DNA of 64,000 nt. Origin: Octopus sinensis. Lineage: Eukaryota. Positions 1 to 12,755 of this stretch are shown here, piece after piece. Numbering within the stretch: position 1 is the stretch's first letter; every line of letters starts with the position of its first letter. The position numbers and the translations under genes were made by a program. Location: contig NC_042998.1 of assembly GCF_006345805.1 (NCBI RefSeq), positions 195,114,001 to 195,178,000 on the forward strand, written 5' to 3'. Under the pieces are notes generated by a model that saw nothing but the letters and a program-made list of their open reading frames with translations, searched no databases and was not told where the DNA came from.

Positions 1-449
1 AGTGTTAACCCAGAAAAGTTCAATGACACGTGCCCAGCAATGTTATCTCTGTAGTATTGCCCTAACAATGTTAACATTCTAATACTGTCCCTGGCAATGT
101 TAGTCCAACTACACTTCCTTAGTAATGCTAACCATGTTAACCATGACAGTAACATTCAATTAGTAATACTGATTCAGAAATATTAACTCAGAGATATTGC
201 TTCAGAAATATCAACATAGCAAGAAATCCTTAGCAGTGATATTTCATACTAATTAACCCAGTGATAATACCCAGTGATAATAACCCTGAAGACTCTGTCA
301 CAGCATTTTCAAACCAATGACTCATTGTCAGCAATATTAACTCAGTAATGCTATCTTTGCAGCATCAACCCTGTGACACAGTTCTACTTATATTAACCTA
401 GTAACACAATCACAGCTGCATTAACAATCTTAGCAGTATCAAACCAAAA

Positions 450-1175
450 ACATTGAGTCTTAGACTCTCAGCAATTATGCTGACTCTGTTCTGGTCAGCC
501 GAACTCCAAAAACCTAACATTATGATACTAAAGATAAAGAGCAAGAAACAATTCATTTATTTATCTAAGGCTTTATATAGCTATGGTGTGGCCTCACCTG
601 GAATTTGCATCATTGGTCTGGAACCCCTATTTTGCTAAGGATATTAATCATCTGGAAACTGTTCAGCAACATGCAACCAAGAGAATACCCTCCATCAGGC
701 ATTTGCCATGTTCTGAATGCCTTACTTCCCTGGGCATGGACACATTGAAACTCTGACGTCTGGCAGCTGACTTAGCAGACACCCATAAAATTATTAACCA
801 TCTTACAAACAATAACTCTGAGCACCTTTTCAAACTCCACCTGTCTAACACCCGTGGACATGTTTACAAAGTCAGAAAACAGCACAGCTCCCATGACTTT
901 CGGAAACATTTTATTCATGCTAAGAGTTGCTGAAGCATGGAACAAACTGCCGGCATCAGTTGTTAGTTGTCGGAGCACTGCATCCTTCAAAACTTCCATG
1001 CTTCCTGAGATTTGCCAACACTACACCTGATTTTCTCTCCTCCATACACACACAAGCATGTATCTGACTCATACACTGTTCACTTTCCAGACATTTGTAC
1101 ATTACTGCATATACTTTATATGCACTTTTGACAAGTTGTGGTGCACCTGAGCACTGTATACAATAATTTCATCAT
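450..1175 (+). mobile_element. CR1-clade LINE 3' fragment (ORF2 C-terminus + 3'UTR + (ATT)n tail)
   Basis: Decayed frame with PHLEF...ATKRIPSI...LRVAEAWNKLPASVV; same family at 30620-31295(-), 39550-39920(-), 41485-41795, 48685-49070(-), 54400-54666 and 56932-57610. Confidence 0.85.
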
Positions 1176-1290
1176 TATTATTTTTATTATTATTATTATT
1201 ACTATTATTATTATTATTATTATTACTTCTTTTTTCTTCTTTCAAATTTGCTTCCATTTCTTGCCGAGTGTCTTCCCGACTCCTATTATC

Positions 1291-1321
<31 letters not shown>

Positions 1322-1359
1322 ATTATTATTATTTTCCTGTATTTTATCTCCCTCTCAAG

Positions 1360-1501
1360 GTCAGATATGTATATATATGTAATTGACGATAAAGATGGGA
1401 AATATACTGTAAAGGGAGCAGAGAGTGCAACGGCTCAGCTAAACATGGAGAGGTCCAAGGATGAACCAGTATTCAGCGGGATTTACATACAGAAAATACA
1501 G
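1360..1501 (+). CDS. Gene A internal exon (142 nt): membrane-adjacent ectodomain segment (R)SDMYIYVIDDKDGKYTVKGAESATAQLNMERSKDEPVFSGIYIQKIQ; gene is 5'-truncated by the window; probably cadherin-related single-pass protein
   Basis: Pyrimidine tract + AAG acceptor, CAG|GTATG donor; phase-0 exit joins in frame to the TM exon. Family call is by resemblance to the membrane-adjacent domain of CDH23/PCDH15-type cadherins (inference only). Confidence 0.75.
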
Positions 1502-1880
1502 GTATGTTGTAATAATTATACTGTTCTTCTGATTAGATAAATGTTTTAATTAATAAAAATAAATATATAAAGGAATAATAAATCTCTGAACGAGATGTAA
1601 ACAGTAACCCCTCGACAATGTAAAGTATACTAGCCATAGGTTTACGAGAGAGGGATGACTTCTCTTTGCAAATACCATAAGAGCACAGAAAGTGTGCCTA
1701 AAGCCAGCTGGAGACGATGATCTCCTGGGGCTAAAAGCTACAGTAACACCCGCCCTTAGTGGTTAGCCATATTGAGATGGCTAGTATACTTTACGTTAAA
1801 TATATAAAAATATAAAATAATGAGCCAAAAATGAGATGATAGAAACAGCACCTAGATTTCATTCAAATGACATCCTATCA

Positions 1881-2109
1881 TTAACCCTTTTGTTACCAAC
1901 CCGGCTGAAACCGGTTCTGGCTCTTTAGTACAAATGTCTTGTTTTCATAAGTTTTGAATTCAAATCTTCCACCAAACCTTAGTCACAATTTATGTTCTTA
2001 ACACTAGCTCAATGATAACAATATTATTTTACTAAATTCTTTGTTACATTTAAAATAATTGGAAGAAACACAGAGCATCTCAAAATAAATACAGTAACAA
2101 AAGGGTTAA
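1881..2109. mobile_element. piggyBac-like MITE (TTAA TSD, CCCTTT(T/C)GTTAC TIR); copies at 48204-48424 and 56566-56794
   Basis: TTAA-CCCTTT...AAAGGG-TTAA ends in three homologous copies of about 225 bp. Confidence 0.8.
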
Positions 2110-4351
2110 AAAACTGATAGGCATTTGATAATATAGTTCCAGATACTAGGACCACATTATCTGATGAGTCTTTAACTTTTTTTTTAAATGTTAGGATGTG
2201 ATTTGAGTATCATGGTTGGAATACCTCTGATCAGAAGTCTGTGCAAAAATGATTGACCTGGATTAAATAACAACAACAATATGCAAAAACTTCTCAAGTG
2301 TGGCCAGAGAAATACTTTAAGCAGCCTACTCCATGTTCCATATCCAGTGTTATTGTTTAATCCTAAGTCAGCCTTGATCTAGCAGACCAAATGTGTTCCA
2401 GATGTGACTAATCCATCTGTTATTCATATATATATTGTATTTAGAGCTACACTATTTGATATGTTGTGTCTGGGGAAAGTCACAGTGAGCAAAGCATGGA
2501 TGGAGTGGGTAAAGTGCAGGAGTGGGTGTGTGGTAAGTAGCTTGCTTACCAATCATATGGTTCCGGGTTCATTCCCTCTGCGTGGCACCTTAGACAATTG
2601 TCTTCTACTATAGCCTCAGGCCGACCAAAGCCTTGTGAGTGGATTTAGTAGATGGAAACTGAAAGAAGCCCGTTGTATATTATATATATATACATGTGTG
2701 TGTGTGTGTGTGTGCGCATGTGTGTGTATGTCTGTTTGTCTCCACAACATTGCTTGACCACCGATGGTGGTGTTTACATCCCTGTAACTTAGCGGTTCAG
2801 CAAAAGAGACTGATGGAATAAGTACTAGGCTTATAAAGAATAAGTCCTGGGGTTGATTTGCTCGACTAAAATGCGGTGCTCCAGCATGGCCACAGTCAAA
2901 TGACTGAAACCAGTAAAAGAGTAAAAGAGGTCAGTCAAAATCCATTGAAACAGTCGCAAATATGGCAACAAGAAAGCTTTCTGAAATAAATAGGAAGAAT
3001 AAATAAATAAATGGAAACTGAACCAGTGAGTGTGTTATATTTAGGCACCAGTCTCCCCAGACACAACAAAATTTGTTTCAACACACGAATTCACAAGGGG
3101 AATCTTGCAAACCAGATACAAAAACCAATTATTTAATATGTCTTTCTTTTATTAAAACAGTAGGGTGTTATCTGAATTAGAATTGATTGCTATTTCTAGC
3201 AGATAGATCAAACACTTAGAGGCTCTTTTTAGACTCAAGACAATATATGTTTGAGTCAGTGGAAATGGTAGGTGTTCGGCTAACCATGAGAAGTATGAGT
3301 AGAAGAAGCATTATCATAATTGTTGGGTTGCTTCAGCTGGATCTGAATGAGCAGATTGTAGAATGGAAGTAGTCAATGGAATACTAAAGAATGAAGACTC
3401 ACAAACACATAGCTTTGTATCATTGGTCATTCCTTTAATGGTTGAACTCATATTCTAGGGTAGACTTGCTTGAAAGGCTTAGAGACAATTGCTTTCCTCT
3501 CTGGCCCACTTCTCATCACCTTTTTCAAGTATTACCTGAAAAGGAAAGTGAAAGTAGAGAGGGAAGTTTCATCTAATGAATAAAAGGTGGGTGAATGTAG
3601 CATCAATAAAAGGTGGGTGAATGTAGCAAGGATGGTACTCATGAATAATGGACACACTTTGAACATGAACCTATGGAACAAAAAGACAATGGGCACTTTG
3701 CTCTCATGGTTTTTACTGAGGTTACTGTGGTGTTTTTTGTAGATTTTTCTTTCACAGATAACCCTAGTCCATGTTTTATTTTCCCCCTCTTTTGAGAATT
3801 TCAGTTGTTAAAATGACACTTTGCTATCCTTTGTCTCCCAAAACGTTTTCAATCCCTATTGATCAGTTTTGAAAAGAAAAATTCTACATTGTATTGTTCC
3901 CTCTGTGTTTGGCCCTGTGTGGCTTAATAAAGAAATCTATATTCCAGGGTATATATAGTGAGGGTTTGGTGAAGGCTTGATGAGTATTTGGTGTTAAATT
4001 AAGTTAAGTTAAGTTAAGTTAAGTTAATTTTTTGGCTCAAAAAGCAAAAAGCAAGGCCATGTAGGGGAACATGGAGTTATGTACAGGGTGGTGCTCATGC
4101 AAAGAGTTCAGGTGTAGTGTTGATAAGGTCTTGGTGACAACTTGTATAGGATTTGGTGATGGATTAGTGAGAACTTGCTGAAGACTGGATGTGTTATGTG
4201 GTCTTGACGAAGACTCAATAAGGGAAAAGTTATGGGAGTGGTGATAGTACTAACAGTAGTGGTGGTGGTGATGGTGGTGATGGTGATAATGACAATGATG
4301 ATGATGATGGTGATTATGATGATGATGATGATGATGATATATATTTACAAG

Positions 4352-4476
4352 GTTGCTCAAACATCGGATGACTCAGAAAACAACTTTTCCTTACTGCTCA
4401 TCATGATTCTAGTGATCCTCTTCGTCTTACTGGCCCTCCTCCTCTTTGCTGTTGCATGTTGTTGTATAGCTCAGTC
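4352..4476 (+). CDS. Gene A exon encoding the transmembrane helix (VAQTSDDSENNFSLLLIMILVILFVLLALLLFAVACCCIAQS)
   Basis: About 23 hydrophobic residues followed by CCC; AAG acceptor and GTGAGT donor; phase 0 in, phase 2 out. Confidence 0.85.
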
Positions 4477-4497
4477 GTGAGTATTTTTACCTGCCTT

Positions 4498-4537
4498 CTA
4501 CTACTACTACTACTAACTACTACTACTACTACTACTA

Positions 4538-4591
<54 letters not shown>

Positions 4592-4666
4592 GCTGCTGCT
4601 GCTACTACTACTACTACTACTAACTACTACTGCTACTACTACTACTACTAACTACCACTGCTGCTG

Positions 4667-4730
<64 letters not shown>

Positions 4731-5245
4731 CACTACCACTACTACTGTACCATTGCTACTATTAATACTGTAACTATTGTACTGCTTCTATTACTACAGT
4801 ATCTAATCTTTATCTTTACTTTCTTCTTCTTTTTCTTCTTTTTCTTCTTCTTCTTCTTCTTCTTCTTCTTCTCTTTCTTCTTCTCATTCTTCTTCTTCTT
4901 CTTCTTCTTCTTCTTCTTCTTCTCTTTCTCCGTCTCCTTCTTTTTATTCTCCTCCTCCTCCTCCTTCTTCTCCTTCTTCTTCTTCTTCTTCTTCTTCTTC
5001 TTTTTCTTCTTCTTCTCTTTCTTCTTCTCATTCTTCTTCTTCTTCTCTTTCTCCGTCTCCTTCTTTTTTTTTCTCCTCCTCCTCCTCCTTCTTCTTCTCC
5101 TTCTTCTTCTCCTTCTTCTTCTTCTTCTTCTTCTTCTCCTTCTTCTTCTCCTTCTTCTTCTCATTCTTCTTCTTCTTCTTTCTTCTTCTTCTTCTTCTCT
5201 TTCTCCTTCTCCTTCTTTTTATTCTCCTCTTCCTCTTCCTTCTGC
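4498..5245. repeat. Compound microsatellite: (CTA)n then (TTC)n
   Basis: Directly visible. Confidence 0.95.
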
Positions 5246-6142
5246 ATCTCTCACCCCTCCTCTTCTCTTCCTTATCATCCCCACCCGTTCAACTTGCCTC
5301 CTCGTTACACAATAATTAACACAATATAATATATAAAATGCTAAAATCTATTCTGACAATAAAACTTGAACTTTCCATTGTTTCTTTTGTTTTATCCTTT
5401 TGTATTTTGTTAAATGCTTCAACAGGGCTTGAACTCCAGTTAGTTTCTCCAGGTCAAGGCATTATATTGAGAAGTCACAGCTCCAGTACTATGAACATAT
5501 GAGTCGAATATTGCGGGAAAGAATTGCAAAATGTATTCTTCAAGCCAAACCAACTCGTAGAAGACCTACGGACAGACAAAAAAAAGATGGCTGGATAATA
5601 TCCATAATCTCAGTTAGTTATGCTTGGGAATCCAGCTAAAAAGTCTAATAATAGGTGTAGGAGTGGCTGTGTGGTAAGTAGCTTACTTACCAACCACATG
5701 GTTCGGGGTTCAGTCTCACTGCGTAGCACCTTTTTTGCCAGCTCACCACCTTACCAGATGTGATAAATTGCAGGATTCAATACAAATGACAGAGAAATAT
5801 AATTTATTAATAATTATAGCAGAAGATAAGATACACAATGCTCTCTTTGCCACTTCCTGTTATGGGCACAAGAAAAGGCTGCCACTACCTTCAAGATATT
5901 TACTTTGACTGGAACAAAGCTGATTGGAACTTTATTTCCGAGATGTGAACGCTATCCTTCAGCACATCCTCAATTCAATTTGGGTAGCATGTAGATGACA
6001 AGTAAATGAATATATAAATAAATAAAATAAAGTAAAACAAAAATTTATATTAAAACATAGATTTATTTTCTGTTTCTCATATTTCCTTTATTAATAATTT
6101 ATCCCATTATTTACTTCATTTTTCTTTCATTTTCAACTACAG

Positions 6143-6174
6143 GAAGAAAAAGACAATTGAGAAAGTCACATATG
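6143..6174 (+). CDS. Gene A 32-nt exon: juxtamembrane basic stop-transfer (S)KKKTIEKVTY
   Basis: Long T-rich tract + CAG acceptor, G|GTAAAT donor; phase 2 in, phase 1 out; KKK immediately after the TM helix. Confidence 0.8.
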
Positions 6175-7510
6175 GTAAATATTAGCCGTTATTATTTTGT
6201 TTTCATCATTACGATGTCTTTCTGGTTGATTTTAAGGTGACTTGGCTGCTATATCTAGTAGACTGAGTAACCACATAAAAACTCTCATATTTGAAAAATA
6301 GGGTATGGGGCAGACAATTAATACCAAAGGGAATTTGTTTTAGGATAATTATGTCCACAATATTAACATAACATTTCAGAGAAATAACCAAAATTCCTCA
6401 TACTTAAATGAAATAGTAAAAGATAAGTTTCAGTGAATGACAGAATGATTTCATGACATTTTATTTTAATTTCGCAATTATTGTATATCAACAAATGGAA
6501 AATAATATATCTCCTTACAAACAACTGAAGGTTTTTTCTAAAGTAGCTTACCCATCTCAAAAAGAAGTAGTTTCAGGTGGTAGAGGGAAATGTTTTCAAT
6601 AAGTTGTGCCAGCTGTACGTAAAAAGCACCATCCGAATGTGGCCGATGCCAGCGCCACCTTGACTGGCTTCTGTGCCAGTGACACATGACCTGCTGTGCT
6701 TGAGGAGACCTATTGAGTCAAGTACATCATCATAAAAATAAATATCAAATGGATATTGTAGTTGTGATACCAGTGCTGGTGGCACGTAAAAAGCACCATC
6801 CGAACGTGGCCGATGCCAGTGCTGCCTTGACTGGCTTCTGTGCTGGTGGCACGTAAAAAGCACCAACCGATCATGACCACTGCTAGCCTCCCCTGGTACC
6901 TGTGCCAGTGGCACATAAAAAGCACCCACTACACTCACGGAGTGGTTGGCATTAGGAAGGGCATCCAGTTATAGAAACATTGCCAGATCAGACTGGAGCC
7001 TGGTGCAGCCTCCTGGCTTCCCAGACCCCGGTCGAACCGTCGAACCCGTGCTAGAACCAGATGGCTGCACCAGACTCCAATCTTGATCTGGCAGAGTTTC
7101 TACAGCTGGATGCCCTTCCTAACACCAACCACTCTGAGATTGTAATGGGTGCTTTTACGTGCCACCAGCATGAGGGCCAGTCAGGCAGTTTATCAAATTA
7201 TATATTCTGTTCAGAAACAATAAAACAATTGCAGTAAATTTCAACTAATGACTTACAAAAGAATTTAATACACTCATTAGTTATCCATTGGCAAAGGGCA
7301 TAGCTCTGCTTACTTCAGGGTACCAGGCCAACAACAGGTTTCACTTGGATTTTATGGTGGTAGTGTGGACATATAACTGTAATGATAATTACAAAGTCCC
7401 AGCTTTCCTAAGCCCTTTTGCTTTAGGCTTGCATAGAAGAATAAATGTAAAACAACAATACTGGCATTGTCAACACCAATGATAATTGTTTTTATTTTAT
7501 TTTATTACAG

Positions 7511-7526
7511 CCCAGAGTTTGGCTCC
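7511..7526 (+). CDS. Gene A 16-nt microexon (A)QSLA(P)
   Basis: TTTTATTACAG acceptor, GTAAGT donor; phase 1 in, phase 2 out bridges the neighbouring exons. Confidence 0.7.
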
Positions 7527-7669
7527 GTAAGTAAAATGCATTTTATACTTCCTTTGTTTTATTCTTGTATTAGCAAAGACATAGAGTTGATATGGTATCA
7601 GATTAGTAATTAAAAGATTGGTAGTTCATATCTTCCCATTGGCACTGGTATATAATCACTTAACTAATA

Positions 7670-8778
7670 TTGGAGATTCGCCAGAGAGGCAGAGTCAACC
7701 CATAACATTACATGATGTGTCGGAGATTTGCCAGAGGGGCAGGGCCAACCCATAACATTACATGACGTTGGAGATTTGCCAGAGGGGCAGGGCCAACCCA
7801 TAACATTACATGACGTCGGAGATTCGCCAGAGGGGCAGGGCGAACCATAACATTACACGACATGTTGGAGATTCGCCAGAGGGGCAGGGCCAACCCATAA
7901 CATTACATGACGTTGGAGATTTGCCAGAGGGGCAGGGCCAACCCATAACATTACATGACGTCGGAGATTCGCCAGAGGGGCAGGGCGAACCATAACATTA
8001 CACGACATGTTGGAGATTCGCCAGAGGGGCAGGGCCAACCCATAACATTACATGACGTCGGAGATTCGCCAGAGGGGCAGGGCGAACCATAACATTACAC
8101 GACATGTTGGAGATTCGCCAGAGGGGCAGGGCCAACCCATAACATTACATGACGTCGGAGATTTGCCAGAGGGGCAGGGCCAACCCATAACATTACATGA
8201 CGTCGGAGATTCGCCAGAGGGGCAGGGCGAACCATAACATTACACGACATGTTGGAGATTCGCCAGAGGGGCAGGGCCAACCCATAACATTACATGACGT
8301 TGGAGATTTGCAGAGGGGCAGGGCCAACCATAACATTACATGACATCGGAGATTCGCCAGAGGGGCAGGCGACCATAACATTACACAACATGTTGGAGAT
8401 TCGCCAGAGGGGCAGGGCCAACCCATAACATTACATGACGTCGGAGATTCGCCAGAGGGGCAGGGCGAACCATAACATTACACGACATGTTGGAGATTCA
8501 CCAGAGGGGCAGGGCCAACCCATAACATAAATGTCATCAGAGATTTGCCAGAGGGGCAGGGCGAACCATAACATTACACGACATGTTGGAGATTTGCCAG
8601 AGGGGCAGGGCCAACCCATAACATTACATGACATCGGAGATTCGCCAGAGGGGCAGGGCGAACCATAACATTACACGACATGTTGGAGATTTGCCAGAGG
8701 GGCAGGGCCAACCCATAACATTACATGACATCGGAGATTCGCCAGGGGGGCAGACCCAATCCATAACATTACATGACA
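7670..8778 (+). repeat. 48/49-bp GC-rich minisatellite, about 23 units
   Basis: Unit GGAGATTCGCCAGAGGGGCAGGGCCAACCCATAACATTACATGACGTC interspersed with a 49-bp variant. Confidence 0.95.
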
Positions 8779-8956
8779 ACAGGGTAATGTTGTTAGTAGA
8801 AGAGGTTAGGAAGGTGAAAGGGGAGAGAGAAGTATTGTATCTGAATAAGTCAGGAGAAGCTAAGCTAAGTTAAAAGAAGTTAATAGAAGTCAAAAGCTCG
8901 TTATAAATACTTAACTAGTGCAGTTCACCAAGTTGTATGTAGGCACCAAGTATATA

Positions 8957-9749
8957 TCTATATATATAAAACTCTAGTTGTGTGAGTGTCTGTCCCCTTC
9001 GATTTAGATTCCTAACTCCTCCCACATTTTGCGGTGCAGTTTAACCAAATTCGGGTATCTTATAGTCGTGATTCATATTGAGCCCGTCTGACTATTAGCG
9101 CGCGTCTACGATGAGTCTACGATTTTAAAAATAATTTAACATCATTTTTTATTCCATTTTAATGCATAAAATGCATCGTATGTCGTTGGCGTCCACGCTC
9201 ACAGCTGCACCTGTTTGCTTCTCCCCCTTCCCTCCCTCGTGAAGCTGTGGGGAAGGGAGTGTAAAGAAATCAACGTCGTAATGCGTTGTGAAGGAAACCA
9301 GCGTTCTTTTAGAACAACGACTTCATGGCTTGAAGACACCAAAACAAAAATGGCTAAGAAAGCCCGAATTTATAAGGGAAGTAACTCTCTAAAAATGCTT
9401 ATATAGTTATTTCCCTTACAAACCCGAGCAACGCCGGGCGATACTGCTAGTCTTTATATATAAAAGTGAAGTTGTGTGTCTGTCTCCTATGATTTAGATT
9501 CCTAACTACTCCCACATTTTGCGGTGCAGTTTAACCAAAAGCGGGTATCTTATAGTCGTGATTCATATCGAGCCCTTCTGGGTATTAGCATGCGTCTACA
9601 ATGAGTCTACGATTTAAAAAAAAATTTACCATCATTTTTTCCCATTTTTAATGCATTTTTTTGCTGTTATATAAGGGAAGTAACTCTCTAAAAATGCTTA
9701 TATAGTTATTTCCCTTACAAACCCGAGCAATGCCAGGCAATACTGCTAA
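8957..9749 (+). mobile_element. Two head-to-tail non-autonomous Helitrons (8957-9450 and 9451-9749)
   Basis: 5' TC(TA)n start, subterminal hairpin CCCGAGCAACGCCGGG and 3' CTAG end; no TSD. Confidence 0.8.
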
Positions 9750-11477
9750 TTTGATAATATAAGAAAGATTTCAAAAGACAAGTTCTTTGTTAAGTGCAGA
9801 GAGATATGAGTGTATATTTTTCAAAGACTCTGCTGTATCCATATACAGAGTGGTCAAAATCAAAATCTTGTCCATGTTATCTAAGGATGGTCTGTTACTC
9901 ATCTCTGGAAAATTTGAGCAGAGAAGACATACCTTTAACCACTTTGTAAAGTTGTATTTCAATCAACTTTTCTTTCTGTTTGTTTTGAAACGAGTAGCAA
10001 GCTTAATCAATTTTTATCAAATATTTTTATCTACTTGTGTCCACCTTTACAGTCATGGATTCTTGTCACAGAAGTGGCTGTGTGGTAAGTAGCTTGCTTA
10101 CCAACCACATGGTTCCAGGTTCAGTCCCACTGCGTGTCACCTTGGGCAAGTGTCTTCTACTATAGCCTCGGGCCGACCAAAGCCTTGTGAGTGGATTTGG
10201 TAGACGGAAACTGAAAGAAGCCCGTCGTATATATGTATATGTATATATATGTGTGTATGTGCATCTGTGTTTGTCCCCCCAATATCGCTTGACAACCGAT
10301 GCTGGTGTGTTTACGTCCCCGTAACTTAGTGGTTCGGCAAAAGAGACTGATAGAATAAGTACTAGGCTTACAAAGAATAAGTCCTGGGGTCGATTTGCTT
10401 GACTAAAGGCTGTGCTCCAGCATGGTTGCAGTCGAATGACTGAAACAAGTAAAAGAGAGTATAATTAATATAGCAGCTAAAGTACTTAGCTATCATTAAT
10501 ATAGTAGCAAAAATACTTTGCACTTAAGATGACATGAAATATTGCAACTGCCTGTCTGAAAATATAGAGTGCAATTGGTGCAAATATCACGTGATCACGT
10601 GACCGATCAGACCATCAGATGTTGTTGCACATCGCTTGTCACAATGCGTTTGCATTGTTTTAGCCTTTGAATGACGCCACCCCGCTGGCTAAGCGAGCAG
10701 GCCAACAGAAGAAAGAGTGGTGAAAGAGTACAGCAGGGATCACCACCCCCTGCCGGAACCTTGTGGAGCTTTTAGGTGTTTTCGCTCAATAAACACACAC
10801 AACGCCCGGTCTGGGAATCAAAACCGCGATCCTCCGACCGCGAGTCCGCTGCCCTAACCACTGGGCCATTGCAAATATAGGGAAATTAAACTGAAATTAA
10901 ATACAGAAAAAAAAAAGAAAATGTTTTTAATTAATTTACTAAGATGGAAGATAAAAGAAACATTTTTCAAGATTTTCTTGCATATAGCGAAAAGATGCTC
11001 ACACATACATAAAATGTGTGTGTGTGCAGTGTCTTGATCACCAGGAATTACAACCATGTTTCGTGGTCTGCTACCACAACAGCTCCTTTATAGGATCCAG
11101 TTAGCTCAAGACATCATCAAGAGGAACCATGTCCGGTTTCAGCCCCTACTCCTCTACCGTTTTGATGTGGTGCCTCCGCCCACTTACTGTGGTGTCTTCA
11201 GCTCTGGTGTTGGGTGCATGTCATCTTTCTTCTGTTCCCTGACCTTTTTGACGTATCATCAGTGAGTGCCAACCATTTCTCAGTCAACATTGATCATTTT
11301 TATCCAAAAAGTTGTGATGAATGCTGCTAAAGGTTCGCTCATCTTCATGACAGAACATGAATGAGAAGACACAACCAAATAGTCCTGCTTTTATTTATAT
11401 TTTCTGCTTTGTTATTGTTGTCTTGTAAGATATTAAATTTTCACTTTATTTAAATTTCAATATATTTTTACTTCCAG

Positions 11478-11490
11478 ACCTCCTGAAAAG
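11478..11490 (+). CDS. Gene A 13-nt microexon (P)PPEK
   Basis: TTTTTACTTCCAG acceptor, AAG|GTAAGC donor; phase 2 in, phase 0 out restores the frame. Confidence 0.7.
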
Positions 11491-12329
11491 GTAAGCTAAA
11501 GCTATATCTAATTTTTATTTCCAATGTTCTTTTAAAGATGGTATAGAAAGTCCAGATAATAGAAGGGAGTTAGGTTACATTTTCCTATAACATTGATCTC
11601 ATATGAAGAGAAGCAGTACATGACCTTGCAGGTGGGGCCCAGTTAGAATTTTCTTCTGGTTGAGTAACCCATCCTGCTCAAAAGGTCCCTGAATAAGGGT
11701 TGTTTAAGGTTGTTGAATGAAACACCCATGTTTCCAAAGGTGAATTATCTAAACCCCAAAGAATCCCTCTCAACACATGGCTATGATGCTCCCCCACTAC
11801 TTCTGCTGGTGATCAGAGATGCATGTATCGTCAGCCAATAAGGGACATGCCCAACTGGTTATGGTCAAACAACTGACAAGCAAATCTGTGGTATTGAGCA
11901 GAAGATTTGCTGTAGCCCATCTTTTATACCAAGACAAAACAATGTACATGATAACACTTCCAATCAGTTAAGATCAGAAGCCATATTTTACATTGGATAT
12001 GGGCAGTTCCCATGAGCACTATTTTTTAAATTTCGTCCATTTTTGGATTTCTTGGTATCTGAGCTAGGTAGATCATCATCATCATCATCATCATTGCCTT
12101 TGCACAGTTTCTAACACTGGAGATGTACTTACAGTGTCAGCTGTTCACTACCAGTGAACTAAGGTAACACCTCTTATTTTTCGAGCACCATCCGGAGTAT
12201 TCGAGTAGTTCCAAGTAGTACTGTTTTCTTCAAGTGCTCCACCCTTACTGCAGCCCCTATTTATTCCATGCACTTCTCGAGATTTTATTTTTTAAATCAA
12301 AAAAATTTATTATTATTATTATTATTCTA

Positions 12330-12753
12330 TGTTTGACTTTTGCTTTATATTTGTACAAGTTGGCTCCAAGTCTCACCCAGAGACCTCAAGAGACAACAGG
12401 TTGGAAGTTCATGTTGTTGTTATGCCTAGTGTGCCATATATTTGTTTTTTTTTTTTGGTGTTGTACTAGTGAATGTCTAAAAAAAAACGAAAATCATGTT
12501 TGTTTTAAACCTTGAGATTACATAGAAAGTATTTTGCGTAGGATATGAGCAGTTCCCATGAGCACTATCTTTCGAATTTCTGCCATTTTGGGGTTTCCTG
12601 GTATCTGAGTTAGGTAGTGATCAGCCCCTTTTGCTATCATTCCCACGGCACCTATGACAACAGGTATTGTTTTAGTCTTCAGCTTCCGCATTTTACTGAT
12701 TTCTATTTCAAGATCTTTATATTTGCTCAGTTTTTGGTAGGTCTTGACAGATA

Positions 12754-12755
<2 letters not shown>
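12330..12755 (-). mobile_element. R4/Dong-like (restriction-like endonuclease) LINE 3' fragment in (TAA)n
   Basis: Minus strand translates NVSVKTYQKLSKYKDLEIEISKMRKLKTKTIPVVIGAVGMIAK...GTAHILRKILSM*; bounded by TAA repeats. Confidence 0.7.

Noticed and set aside
1-450. Possible structured or coding region
   Set aside because: Only a highly degenerate short repeat (GCAATGTTAACC-like) with no ORF or splice-consistent exon.
4742-5164. Poly-Arg/Lys protamine-like ORF
   Set aside because: Translation of the (TTC)n microsatellite.
5426-5452. Extra gene A exon after a strong pyrimidine tract
   Set aside because: In the required phase it reads GCT TGA (immediate stop) and the donor is weak; a tail-less isoform cannot be supported without transcripts.
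7670-8778. CRISPR-like array or coding repeat
   Set aside because: The units are contiguous with no unique spacers, there are no cas genes, the context is a eukaryotic intron, and frames break at the 49-bp units.
11620-11985. snRNA-like or other ncRNA gene
   Set aside because: No convincing match to an RNA family I know; more likely an unclassified interspersed repeat.
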